A stretch of 64,000 bases of DNA from assembly GCA_937925685.1 (NCBI GenBank), contig CALAMI010000015.1, positions 232,911 through 296,910 of the forward strand. Direction: 5' to 3'. This document shows positions 16,173 through 25,545 of this stretch, piece by piece. The stretch is from Candidatus Binatia bacterium (GTDB taxonomy: Bacteria > Desulfobacterota > Binatia > HRBIN30). Below the pieces are notes generated by a model that had not been told where the DNA came from, did not search any database, and saw only the letters and a list, made by a program, of their open reading frames with translations. Each line of letters opens with the position of its first letter. Positions within the stretch are counted from its first letter, which is position 1. Position numbers and translations under genes: made by a program.

Positions 16173-18074
16173 TCAACTTTCCGGTTTTACAGACGGCCAC
16201 GGGGGAACCACCTCCCCCGCCGGCGAGATCCGAAAGAGAAAAGCGTCAAACCCTCCCGGATCCGGAACTGTCAAGGAAACGGACACCGACGCCCCCGCAG
16301 GCACATCGAAATCCAAGGGGCTTTTCTCCGAGGACAAAACCGATCCTTCTTCTATCACAATCGCAGCTGTGCCCCGTCGAAATCGGAAGCGAAGCAAAGT
16401 GTTATCCGATACCCAGCGTCCCTGCCAACGATGCCGAACGCTTCCGGAGCACAGGAATTGCGGAACCGTCTGCCCTATGTGGAATAAAACCGGGACCTGC
16501 CCGGACCAACGTGATGGAGAGGACGCACATTCGACCTCATATGCCCAACCGTAGCGGCGTAACCAAGTCCAGTCGCCAGGCTCCACCGTTACAGAAAATG
16601 GTCCGCCAAAAGACCGCACTCGTTGCGCACCGAGCATGCCCCGGTGAAACGGCTCGAGCAAATCCCAGTGCCCTGAGTAGGCATAGATGACCTCCGATTC
16701 CCCCGAGGGCCACCAGTTTTCTGTGTTCAACCGCTCCACACGATCGCGGTCCGTTCGCTCCCGAACGGAAAAGAAATAGCCGAGGCCCGGGGAGATAATC
16801 AGCCGGCTACGCAAAGGATAGGGAATCGATTCCACCAACTGCGTTATTCCTGCCCCTGAGACGGCCCTCGAAGGTTGAGGCCAGAAGCTATTCGAAAAGA
16901 AAAAACGCACACTGGCTAAGCCCATGGCAGCCACAAAAACTGCGCTAGCCAGAACCCTCCACCGGCGCTGCGGCAAACGATCCAATGCGTAAACACCAAG
17001 CAAGCTGATGAACGGATAAGCCATCAGCATCCTATGGGCGCTCGGGATAGTGCCCACGGCAGGGCTGACCCCGACCAAAAACCCACCAAGGATGAACAGA
17101 GCCTTCCGCGGGTACCGCAAAACCAAAATGCCGCCCACGCATGAGAGCACGAGAAGCGGCACGGGATGAACCGCGGCCGAACGAACAGAAAACCAAAAAT
17201 CGAGGGCACGAGGCCAAAGGAAGGCCTCGAAGACTGCTCGGCCGCTGGCGAGGATGGCTTCCCACTCCAAGTGGGGTCGTTGTCCCCGAGGTGCCCACAG
17301 GTGCTGAGGGCCGGAAAAGAGGTACGGAAGCCAGGCAACCGCAGCCAGGAGCGGAACGCACAAGGTCAAGAGCCTCCGGCGTCCTCGCGTCAACACCAGG
17401 GCGAGGATCGAGAAGGGTAAAAACAAACGACCCACAAAATAATCATAAAGCAGCAGCGCTTGACCGAAAGAAGCCATGAATGCATCCCGCCACCCGCCCT
17501 GGGTGAACACGATGCGAGCCAAGCCCACCAGCAGCAACAACTGGTGAAAGGTGAGTTCTCCGCCCTGCGAGATCCTTCCGTAGTACAGGCTCCATGGGAG
17601 CGTGGTCACTAAAGCAGCATACGAAAGGGCACCCTCCCGGCTGAACTGCAGTGCCCGTGCCAGTCCGTAAGCAAGCACCACGCTAAAAGCGCCGGTAACG
17701 CCCGCGTAAAAACGGATGCTTTCGCGGTTGGGACCTAACACATCCACGAGTTGCGCTTGGAATAGGACGTTGAGCAGAAGGGGAACACCAGTACACCCCT
17801 CAGTATGCACGCGCCCAGCCTTCCAAGCGTCCCGCGCGCAGGCCAAGATCTTTGGCTCGTCCTCGTTCATCCCAGGAGGAAAATCGTGCGGTGCCGAGAA
17901 GCGGAGGCAAAGAGCGAGCACGACTAAAAAGAAGAGACACATCCGCACGGAAGTTTTCTCTCCACGCAAAACACGGCCCAGGCTCCACAGATAGCCCACG
18001 ACGATGGCCCCGCTGAGCAATGGCACTTGGTGCCTGGACAACGCCGTTAGGAAATCCCCGTAGATGTTTCGCAT
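16173..18074 (-). CDS. polytopic membrane protein, GT-C (ArnT/PMT, GT39/GT83-like) glycosyltransferase fold candidate with C-terminal soluble domain
   Basis: At least 10 hydrophobic segments are visible. The first-loop acidic motif FPPGMNEDEPK resembles the DE motif of PMT/ArnT-type enzymes. A ~200-aa non-membrane C-terminus follows. Confidence 0.45.
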   Translation of the reverse strand: MRNIYGDFLTALSRHQVPLLSGAIVVGYLWSLGRVLRGEKTSVRMCLFFLVVLALCLRFSAPHDFPPGMNEDEPKILACARDAWKAGRVHTEGCTGVPLLLNVLFQAQLVDVLGPNRESIRFYAGVTGAFSVVLAYGLARALQFSREGALSYAALVTTLPWSLYYGRISQGGELTFHQLLLLVGLARIVFTQGGWRDAFMASFGQALLLYDYFVGRLFLPFSILALVLTRGRRRLLTLCVPLLAAVAWLPYLFSGPQHLWAPRGQRPHLEWEAILASGRAVFEAFLWPRALDFWFSVRSAAVHPVPLLVLSCVGGILVLRYPRKALFILGGFLVGVSPAVGTIPSAHRMLMAYPFISLLGVYALDRLPQRRWRVLASAVFVAAMGLASVRFFFSNSFWPQPSRAVSGAGITQLVESIPYPLRSRLIISPGLGYFFSVRERTDRDRVERLNTENWWPSGESEVIYAYSGHWDLLEPFHRGMLGAQRVRSFGGPFSVTVEPGDWTWLRRYGWAYEVECASSPSRWSGQVPVLFHIGQTVPQFLCSGSVRHRWQGRWVSDNTLLRFRFRRGTAAIVIEEGSVLSSEKSPLDFDVPAGASVSVSLTVPDPGGFDAFLFRISPAGEVVPPWPSVKPES

Positions 18075-18167
18075 CGCTGCCCCTCCGTACGAACTGGCAA
18101 ATCACCCACGGCGGAGTCACGCACTAGCGACTGGCCCTGCCTCAGTTGAACCAACCCGCTAAGATCC

Positions 18168-19703
18168 TCAAGCCAACAGGGTCTTCCAATGTTCGATGAT
18201 AAAGTGGGCCACACGGTCTGCGAGAGCAGCCGTCGTGATCTGCGGTGGCGCGCCCAGCGACGAGGGGAAGAGGCCCATGTCGGCCACAAATAAATTTCGC
18301 AGCTCGTGGCTTTTGCCCCACGAATTGACCACGGCTCGTCCAGGATCCTCCCCCATACGACACGTTCCCTGCGGATGGGTCGAGGCAAGCGGGATTTCTC
18401 CAGGGCGGCAGCCGCGTCCGTCAATCACCGATAGATCATCCCCTGGTTTCAACCACAAAGGCTCCCGGTAGTATGGAACCACAACCTCTTTCGCTCCACT
18501 GGCGAAAAGAATCTCGGCACAGTGGCGCATCCCTTCGGCCATCAAAGCCTGCTCTTCCGGCCGCAAGTGATAGCGAATTCGCACGCGCCCGTGAGAATCG
18601 ACCCGAACTTCTCCCTCCGACTGGTCATGCAGGAGCACGAGGATCCCGACCATCCGGTGGTACAAGCGCATCAACTTGGCATGGGTCCGCCCGAACCCGG
18701 GAAGCTGCGCAGCCGTGGCTACGGGAAAGCCAAAAATCGGCATGATGAGATAGCCACTGTCCGGGTTGCGCTCGAGGTCGATGAATTCATCCACGTAATA
18801 ACTTTGTGGAATTCCCAAGTATCCGTAAATATCTTCGTCGTAAATGCCAGCAAGAAGTACACTCGGGTGCAGGTGCAAGTGTTTCCCCACTTGAGTATTC
18901 CGTCGGCCAGCCGCGGCGCTGCGCAACAGAATCTGCGGGCTGTTAATGGCACCAGCCGCAAGGACGACCACCTGCGCATCGACACGCACCTCCCCTCGGA
19001 TACTCCCCAGCTCATCGGCGATGTGTCCCACCACGCGAGCTACACGGTCGCCTGACGTTTCTAACTTTTCCACCGGACAGTTCGCGAAGATCCGTGCGCC
19101 AGCGTGGTCGGCAGCAGGAATGTAAGTCAGTGCCATGCTTTGCTTTGCATCGAAGGGGCAGCCAAGGATACAGAAGCCACTCGAGGTGCAATTCACCCGG
19201 TTGTGATGAGCAACAATTCCGTGGAAACCTAGCTTCTCGCAGCCCTCGCGGATCTTGCGGTTCAGGGTATTCACCTGCGACTCTGGGATCGGTTGAACAT
19301 GCAACATCTTCTCCACGCGTTCGAACGAGGGAATCAGCTCCTCGTACGTCCAAACGATTCCCTCTTCGCGCCGCCACTTCTCTACGATCGGCCGTGGAGT
19401 GCGAAAACAGTAACACAGGTTATGAACCGTCGAGCCCCCTATGTTGCGCCCTTGCAGGATGAGAATTGCGCCATCGTCGGTGGCACGTTGCCCCATGTCT
19501 TCGAAGAGCAACGGCATCATTTCCTCTTCGCGCTGGGTAAAGTCCTCTTTCGTGTAGTGCCCGCCCTGCTCGAGCAACACCACGTCGCGCCCAGCCTCTG
19601 CGAGTTCTTTGGCTACAACGGCTCCGCCCGCGCCCGAGCCAATTACGCAGACCTCTGCCTTGAGCTCCAAGTCACCAGACAACGTTTTTGCACTCTGAAT
19701 CAT
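18168..19703 (-). CDS. GMC-family FAD-dependent oxidoreductase
   Basis: Start reset to ATG 19703 (ATGA overlap with the upstream gene). Motifs: VCVIGSGAGGAVVAKELAEAG Rossmann motif; C-terminal HPQGTCRMG. Confidence 0.85.
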   Translation of the reverse strand: MIQSAKTLSGDLELKAEVCVIGSGAGGAVVAKELAEAGRDVVLLEQGGHYTKEDFTQREEEMMPLLFEDMGQRATDDGAILILQGRNIGGSTVHNLCYCFRTPRPIVEKWRREEGIVWTYEELIPSFERVEKMLHVQPIPESQVNTLNRKIREGCEKLGFHGIVAHHNRVNCTSSGFCILGCPFDAKQSMALTYIPAADHAGARIFANCPVEKLETSGDRVARVVGHIADELGSIRGEVRVDAQVVVLAAGAINSPQILLRSAAAGRRNTQVGKHLHLHPSVLLAGIYDEDIYGYLGIPQSYYVDEFIDLERNPDSGYLIMPIFGFPVATAAQLPGFGRTHAKLMRLYHRMVGILVLLHDQSEGEVRVDSHGRVRIRYHLRPEEQALMAEGMRHCAEILFASGAKEVVVPYYREPLWLKPGDDLSVIDGRGCRPGEIPLASTHPQGTCRMGEDPGRAVVNSWGKSHELRNLFVADMGLFPSSLGAPPQITTAALADRVAHFIIEHWKTLLA

Positions 19704-20287
19704 TGTTCGCCGCCTTGTTCGATTGCCCAGCCTACGCGGCGCGGTCGCGGTATCCATGGCCCCCGGTAATGGAGCACACTCCAGGTTTCGTCTTGTGAGT
19801 AGTAGCCGAGGACGCTCAGGTTTTTCAGCGCCAAGAACCCAGCCCGCACCCATCCAAGGGAGCTATCCGACCAGCGTTGCAAGCACTCATCCTGCTGCGC
19901 AACGGTGAGATTGACAAAGCACCCCGGCTTCCAGAGAACCCACAGGGGACTCCAGTTGAAGATTCTCAAAAGCCAACGAGCCTGCGTCTGCAAGTCCGGG
20001 CTCGCAAAGGTGAGTGCCCAGTCCACCGTCTCTACGGCGTGGGTTTTTTTCACCGGCGGAAGAGCGTCGTCATCGCCCCTGACCATCCGCTCCATCACGG
20101 CAACCAACACCGCAGCATCGTGAGGCTTCAGCACTTGTAGCCGGTACGCTCCCCGCCACTGGGCCCCAAGGGGAGTAGCTGGTAAGCCCAACCGCGCTAA
20201 GCTGACCCAGCCAACGGTCAGCGCACTCAGCTTCAAGAGTTGCCGGCGCGTCACCGACCGCTGGAGGGACTCTAGGGCCATAGCCAA
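19700..20287 (-). CDS. Tat-signal small subunit (gluconate 2-dehydrogenase subunit 3-like)
   Basis: The twin-arginine motif TRRQLLKLSALTV is present. The gene is translationally coupled to the GMC oxidoreductase. Confidence 0.6.
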   Translation of the reverse strand: MAMALESLQRSVTRRQLLKLSALTVGWVSLARLGLPATPLGAQWRGAYRLQVLKPHDAAVLVAVMERMVRGDDDALPPVKKTHAVETVDWALTFASPDLQTQARWLLRIFNWSPLWVLWKPGCFVNLTVAQQDECLQRWSDSSLGWVRAGFLALKNLSVLGYYSQDETWSVLHYRGPWIPRPRRVGWAIEQGGEQ

Positions 20288-20299
20288 CCGCGATCCTCC

Positions 20300-21403
20300 T
20301 TACTCCGAAAAGAAGCGATGAAATACCCTAGGCAACTCATGGAAATCAGGCAACGGCTCCAACTGCTTCGCCAGCCGGACGCTCGAAAATGTGAGCCAAA
20401 AGAGGAACGGCCCGCGGCCCCAACGGCCCTCGCGCACGCCGCACTGGAGAGCATAAGCCGTCTTTGCCGTATACGTAGTGTCGAGTTCGATGCCTTCTTC
20501 CTCCCGCAGCCATGCCGTCAAGCGTTCGGCCTCGGCAATGGGGGCACCGTAACTTTTCCCCAGATAACCTGGCTCGATCGCGAAGTCACTCTCTTGCAGG
20601 GGCGCCGAGCCCACCAGTCGTGGCGTGACCAGGTACCGAGCCGTCTTACGCGCCAGCCGAAAAAGGCTGCGCGCTGTCGGAGGGAAAATGTCGGTCACCA
20701 GTACGCCGAGAACTTTACTCCCAACGCCAGCCAGCCTCAGGCCCAACGTCAACCCGGCCACCGTTCCACCGCTGCCCAAGGGCACAAAAATGACCTCAGG
20801 CGTCGGCAACTCTCCTCGCCGCACTTGTTCCGCGAACTCGAGTCCGGCGTTGACGTAGCCGAGGGTCCCCAGTGGTGAACTTCCGCCCGTCGAGATCATA
20901 TAGGGCAAGTCGTGGCGGAAAAAACTTCCCACCAATTCACGAACCGTGACCACACCCAAGCGAGTAACACTTTGGCCGTACAACAACTTTGCACCTAGCG
21001 CATGCAGGCATAACAGGTTCTCGCGAACGGCTGGGGTCACCGGCTGGAACACCAAACCGACAGTGGTTTTCAGCCCCAACTGCGACGCAAACAACGCGGT
21101 AGCCAGGCCATGGTGCGTGCCCAAACCGCCAAAGGTCAAGACGGAGCGGTAGCGGCGACGAAGCGCATCTGCGAGGAGAAACTCGAGCTTGCGCGGTTTG
21201 TTTCCTCCGTAAAGGGGGTTCGTCTCGTCGTCGCGCTTCACCCACACCTCTGCGCCCAACGAACTCGACCAACGTGGCAACGGATGGACTCGCGTCGGTA
21301 ACTGCGTCAACCGCACACGCGCGGGGCAAGCGCCGCTCCCACCTAACCATTGTTCGAGTGGGAATGTAGATTCGGCCACACTGGGCAAAACCGCATGGAC
21401 CAT
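20300..21403 (-). CDS. PLP-dependent ACC deaminase / D-cysteine desulfhydrase family enzyme
   Basis: YGGNKPRKLEFLLADAL is the family motif containing the PLP lysine; GGSSPLGTLGY is also present. Confidence 0.8.
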   Translation of the reverse strand: MVHAVLPSVAESTFPLEQWLGGSGACPARVRLTQLPTRVHPLPRWSSSLGAEVWVKRDDETNPLYGGNKPRKLEFLLADALRRRYRSVLTFGGLGTHHGLATALFASQLGLKTTVGLVFQPVTPAVRENLLCLHALGAKLLYGQSVTRLGVVTVRELVGSFFRHDLPYMISTGGSSPLGTLGYVNAGLEFAEQVRRGELPTPEVIFVPLGSGGTVAGLTLGLRLAGVGSKVLGVLVTDIFPPTARSLFRLARKTARYLVTPRLVGSAPLQESDFAIEPGYLGKSYGAPIAEAERLTAWLREEEGIELDTTYTAKTAYALQCGVREGRWGRGPFLFWLTFSSVRLAKQLEPLPDFHELPRVFHRFFSE

Positions 21404-21505
21404 AAACGATCACCGCCGACTTCGTCCGATTACCACGACCGCAGCTGCACCACCAAGTAGCCCCGCCGCTTTGCGCCTCCCGCCCGCCTCGGCTAACTTG
21501 CCTGC

Positions 21506-22168
21506 GTGCTGATCACACGCGACTGGTGGACACTGATTCAAACCGGGGGCCTGGCCATGTATCCGCTGCTGGCTTGCTCGGTTGTCAGCGTTGGTGTGGT
21601 CCTCGAACGCGCTTGGACCCTGTGGGCGGCCAGTCGCCGCGCCCGCCAATTGCAACGCATGGTTGTTTCTGCCCTCGACGATGGGGCGCTTGGCGAAGTG
21701 ACTTCCATTGTCCGGCGCGATTCGTCTCTTCTGGCCCATCTCTACCGGGCCGCCCTGGCAGCAGCCGAATCTCCTAACGAGGAGTCTTGGCGCCTCGTTC
21801 AGCACCGGCATCACGCCGCGCTGCGCAGTCTAAAACGTCACCTCTGGCTCATTGGAACGATTGGCAGCTTGGCGCCCTTCATCGGGTTGTTCGGTACCGT
21901 GCTTGGCATCGTGCGCGCCTTCGAGAACATGGCGGCAACAGGCTCGGGGGGGTTCGCCGTCGTGGCTGCTGGGATTTCCGAGGCTCTTGTGGCCACAGCC
22001 GCCGGGTTGTTGATTGGCGTTGTATCGATCTTTTTTTACAATGCGTTCACTGTCCGCGTTGCCACCATGGCGAATGAGTGGAGGGAGTGGGCAGAAGAGT
22101 TAGCGGTGAACCTAGCTGGCCAACGCATGCGAGAAGGGAGTCCTGCCCGTGTCGTTCAAGCCCGTTGA
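21506..22168 (+). CDS. exbB: MotA/TolQ/ExbB proton-channel protein
   Basis: Three TM segments. The C-terminal signature is LAPFIGLFGTVLGIVRAF...GISEALVATAAGLLIGV. Confidence 0.85.
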   Translation: MLITRDWWTLIQTGGLAMYPLLACSVVSVGVVLERAWTLWAASRRARQLQRMVVSALDDGALGEVTSIVRRDSSLLAHLYRAALAAAESPNEESWRLVQHRHHAALRSLKRHLWLIGTIGSLAPFIGLFGTVLGIVRAFENMAATGSGGFAVVAAGISEALVATAAGLLIGVVSIFFYNAFTVRVATMANEWREWAEELAVNLAGQRMREGSPARVVQAR

Positions 22169-22577
22169 CAGTGAACCGATGAGCGACGACATCGTCGCCG
22201 AGATCAACGTCACGCCACTGACGGACCTCTTCCTGGTGTTGCTGATTATTTTCATGGTCACTAGCACCGCCTTGGTGCAACAGGGAACCAACGTCCAACT
22301 GCCGCGCTCGAGCTCGAGCCAAAGCGCTCCAGCCGGTGTGATCGTTACCGCCACTGCCGATGGTCAAATTCAAGTCGAAGGTCAAGCCGTGTCCTGGCCA
22401 GAGTTGCCACTGGCTCTCCGGCAAGCACTCAACCGCGTTGCCGAGCCCGCGGTCGTGCTGCAAGGAGATCGCAGCATCGTGCTAGAACGAGCGGTACAAA
22501 TTTTGACCATCGCTCGCCAGGCTGGCGCCCAGCGAGTTTCCATTGCCACAGTTCCGGACGGGGCGAGCGGCCGCTAA
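22149..22577 (+). CDS. exbD: ExbD/TolR biopolymer transport protein
   Basis: EINVTPLTDLFLVLLIIFMV carries the conserved TM Asp. It overlaps exbB by 20 nt. Confidence 0.85.
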   Translation: MSFKPVDSEPMSDDIVAEINVTPLTDLFLVLLIIFMVTSTALVQQGTNVQLPRSSSSQSAPAGVIVTATADGQIQVEGQAVSWPELPLALRQALNRVAEPAVVLQGDRSIVLERAVQILTIARQAGAQRVSIATVPDGASGR

Positions 22578-22605
22578 ACACTGCGAACGCATCATTCTGC
22601 GACCT

Positions 22606-24111
22606 ATGAAGCAGAGCCGCGCCATTGAGACTTTGCAGGATGCTTTCGAGTCGGGTCGACCCTTGATTTACATCCACTCTGCCGAGGAGCACCGAATCGA
22701 CCGGCTTCTGCGTACTGTCGCTTTTGGTTGCTTTGAGCCCCCACTCACAGTTTTTGAATGGGCGCTCACCACCGGCCTGCGCGACGCCGCCGGAAGCTCA
22801 GCGGCCGCTGGCTTGCACGAACCGCGCAAACTGCTGGACTTCATCGCAGAATATCCCGGTGCGGCAGTTTTTCACTTGAAAGACTTCCACGAGCCACTGC
22901 GAGAGGACCCTGCAGTCCGCCGGCGGTTGCGCGATCTTTACGAGCTTTGCTTTGACCGTAAAAAGTTCCTTGTCATTACCTCGGCGGTACAGTTCATCCC
23001 CGAGGAATTGGCTCGAAACATCTTGCTACTGGAACTCGGTTTACCGGATGCCGAGGAACTACAATCGCTGCTGCGCGACGAAACTGCCATCCTTCGCCAA
23101 CTGGGGCAGCCAGTAGAACTCGATGACCACTATTTGCTCCCCCTGGCACGTGCGCTGCAGGGCCTTACGATCGATGAGGCCCGTCATGCGATTCGGCGTG
23201 CTCTGGCGCATCACCGCATGCTGGGGTCGGAAGCCATCCCGGCTCTGCTCGAGGAGAAGCGACTCGTCGTGAATCGCACCGGCCTCGTTCAGTACGTTGC
23301 CGACGGCACCACGCTGGACTACGTCGGTGGCCTCGAAATCCTCAAGCAGTGGCTGTTGGAGCGCCGCAAGCTTTTCCAGATGCGCGATCAGCTCAGTGCC
23401 GACATCGTGCCGAAAGGCGTGCTCATTATGGGCATTTCCGGGTGCGGCAAAAGCTTATCTGTAAAAGCCATTGCCTCGACATTCGAGCTGCCCCTGTACC
23501 GCATCGACATGACGGAAATTTTTTCGGGCCGACACGGGCCTCCTGAAACTGCCTTTGCACAGGCATGCAAAATTCTCGAACAGATTTCGCCGGCGGTGTG
23601 TTGGTTCGACGAGTTGGAGATGGCCGTTACCTCTTCCGAGTCCAGCGGCGAACAAGGCCGCATGTTCGCCTTCTTCCTTACGTGGATGCAGGAGAAGACT
23701 CGTGGGTTGTTCGTCGCTGCCACGGCCAATCGGATCGATTTACTACCAGCAGAAATGATCCGCAAAGGTCGCTTCGACGAGGTGTTCTTTGTCGACCTGC
23801 CTACGGATGACGAACGGGTGGAGATTTTCCGCATCCATTTGCAGCGCCGTGGGGTCGACCCGAGCAAATTCGATCTCGAGCGACTCAAGCGTTTTACCAA
23901 GGGGTGGACGGGAGCAGAGTGCGAGCAGTGTGTCGTGTCCGCACTCACCACGGCGAAATTGGAGGAGCGGGCGCTCACCGACGATGATTTGCTCAATGCC
24001 ACGGCCACGATCGTTCCCCTCTCTAAGACCATGAAAGAGCAAGTAGACCACATCCGCGAGTGGGCCTTCGAACGAGCCGTTCGCGCCTCGCCACGGGAGG
24101 TGGTCCGTTAA
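22606..24111 (+). CDS. AAA+ ATPase, Ycf46-like (N-terminal ~260-aa domain plus one classic AAA module)
   Basis: Start reset to ATG 22606. Motifs: PKGVLIMGISGCGKSLSVKAIA (Walker A), VCWFDELE (Walker B), VAATANR (sensor 1), RKGRFDEVFFVDLP (Arg fingers). The layout matches what I recall for cyanobacterial/plastid Ycf46. Confidence 0.7.
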   Translation: MKQSRAIETLQDAFESGRPLIYIHSAEEHRIDRLLRTVAFGCFEPPLTVFEWALTTGLRDAAGSSAAAGLHEPRKLLDFIAEYPGAAVFHLKDFHEPLREDPAVRRRLRDLYELCFDRKKFLVITSAVQFIPEELARNILLLELGLPDAEELQSLLRDETAILRQLGQPVELDDHYLLPLARALQGLTIDEARHAIRRALAHHRMLGSEAIPALLEEKRLVVNRTGLVQYVADGTTLDYVGGLEILKQWLLERRKLFQMRDQLSADIVPKGVLIMGISGCGKSLSVKAIASTFELPLYRIDMTEIFSGRHGPPETAFAQACKILEQISPAVCWFDELEMAVTSSESSGEQGRMFAFFLTWMQEKTRGLFVAATANRIDLLPAEMIRKGRFDEVFFVDLPTDDERVEIFRIHLQRRGVDPSKFDLERLKRFTKGWTGAECEQCVVSALTTAKLEERALTDDDLLNATATIVPLSKTMKEQVDHIREWAFERAVRASPREVVR

Positions 24112-24178
24112 AGCTGAGGCTGCCTCTGCTCCTCGGGGGGCCTTGCCACAACCGGCACAAGCAACTTAAGGGAAATCG

Positions 24179-24544
24179 ATGCCGCGGAAAAAAAAATCGG
24201 GTAGCCCTGGGGGAATCGGCGAGTACATTCGCCGTCAGCGCGAACTAGCCAACATCTCTTTACGCAAGTTGGCCGAGCAAAGCGGGATCTCCGCGGCAGT
24301 GCTGCGCGAGATCGAAGCTGGCCTGCGCAACCCGAGCCGGACCATCCTGCAGTCCATCGCTGGAGTACTGCGCCTGTCCGCAGAGACCCTACAGCTCCAA
24401 GCCGGCTTCTTGGACCCGCGCGATCCCGAAGACTCGGACGTTGCCCGCGAGATTCGCCGCGATCCCTACCTTACCGAACGTCAACGGGGCATTCTCATCG
24501 ACGTTTACAAAGCCTTTCGGGCGGCAAACCAGTCACGACCTTAA
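24179..24544 (+). CDS. XRE-family helix-turn-helix transcriptional regulator
   Basis: IRRQRELANISLRKLAEQSGISAAVLREIEAGLRNPS is a classic HTH_3 pattern. Confidence 0.8.
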   Translation: MPRKKKSGSPGGIGEYIRRQRELANISLRKLAEQSGISAAVLREIEAGLRNPSRTILQSIAGVLRLSAETLQLQAGFLDPRDPEDSDVAREIRRDPYLTERQRGILIDVYKAFRAANQSRP

Positions 24545-24852
24545 CCGCCTGATGACGGGGTCTCCCACCGGGTGGCGATGCGGTCGATTTGCTTTAGCAA
24601 GGGTGCAAGGGCCCGGCCTCGCGGCGTCAGGCTGTACTCCACGCGAGGTGGAACCTCCGGAAAAACCTTACGCTCCAAGATTCCATAACGCACCAGTTTA
24701 CGCAGCCGCTCATTCAACACCTTCGTCGTAAGCCCAGGGATGGCTCGCTGCAGTTGCCCAGGGCGCCGCTCGCCGCGCTGGACTGCCCGCAGAACCTCGA
24801 TCGTCCACTTGCAACCCAGTACATCTTGCAAAATTTCCTGTGGAGTGGGCAA
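24541..24852 (-). CDS. HxlR-family winged-helix transcriptional regulator
   Basis: Motifs: LGCKWTIEVLRAV...RPGQLQRAIPGLTTKVLNERLRKLVRYGILERKVFPEVPPRVEYSLT. Confidence 0.85.
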   Translation of the reverse strand: MPTPQEILQDVLGCKWTIEVLRAVQRGERRPGQLQRAIPGLTTKVLNERLRKLVRYGILERKVFPEVPPRVEYSLTPRGRALAPLLKQIDRIATRWETPSSGG

Positions 24853-24971
24853 CGATCAAGCTCCCGTCCTTTCACAAATTTTTCCAAACGGTTGGGTACC
24901 TTACCAAATCGTGCGTACTTGACCAAGCAAAGCTGAACGATTCTTAAATACCGCGAAGAAAGGAGACTGCC

Positions 24972-25475
24972 ATGCGGTTCGCTAGCATCGTACGCAACGG
25001 GACCCTGTCACTGTTGGTGCTCGGCCTCAGTGGAATTGCAACGCACGCCACCGGTCAAGCAAAAGTTCCCTACCCCAGTGGTTGGCGCACTTGGACTCAC
25101 ACGAAAACGATGGCCATCACCTCCGACCAGCACCCTCTTTTTGCTGCATTCGGTGGAGTGCACCATATCTACGTGAACTCCGTTGGGCTGAAAGCGGCAA
25201 AGTCTGGGGGGCCATATCCGGATGGATCCGTGCTCGTGTTCGATTTGCTGGAGTGGACCGAGAGCGGAGGCGCATACACCGAAGGTGCGCGTAAACTTAT
25301 CGGCGTCATGCACAAGGATTCCAAAAAATACAAAGCCACCGGCGGGTGGGGCTTCGAGGGTTTCAAAGGTGGCAATGCAAAAGAGCGCCTCGTCACTGAC
25401 CCGGTAAGCCAGTGCTACAACTGCCACGAAGGACAAAAAGAGAAAGACTTCGTGTTCTCGCAGTATCGGGACTAA
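24972..25475 (+). CDS. cytochrome P460-family periplasmic haem protein
   Basis: A signal peptide (LSLLVLGLSGIATHA) is present, with a single C-terminal CxxCH (CYNCH) in a ~165-aa protein. This matches the P460 family. Confidence 0.7.
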   Translation: MRFASIVRNGTLSLLVLGLSGIATHATGQAKVPYPSGWRTWTHTKTMAITSDQHPLFAAFGGVHHIYVNSVGLKAAKSGGPYPDGSVLVFDLLEWTESGGAYTEGARKLIGVMHKDSKKYKATGGWGFEGFKGGNAKERLVTDPVSQCYNCHEGQKEKDFVFSQYRD

Positions 25476-25545
25476 GCTCCCCATCCCGCGCAAGGGCGGC
25501 AGTGTGGTTGCACCCCTACCGCCCTTGCTCTTTGCACCTGGCCTG

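Noticed and set aside
21506-22577. Zorya-like (MotAB-type stator) anti-phage system
   Set aside because: The two proteins are short canonical ExbB/ExbD. They lack the long ZorA tail and the ZorB peptidoglycan-binding domain, and no ZorC/ZorD-like helicase or nuclease genes follow.
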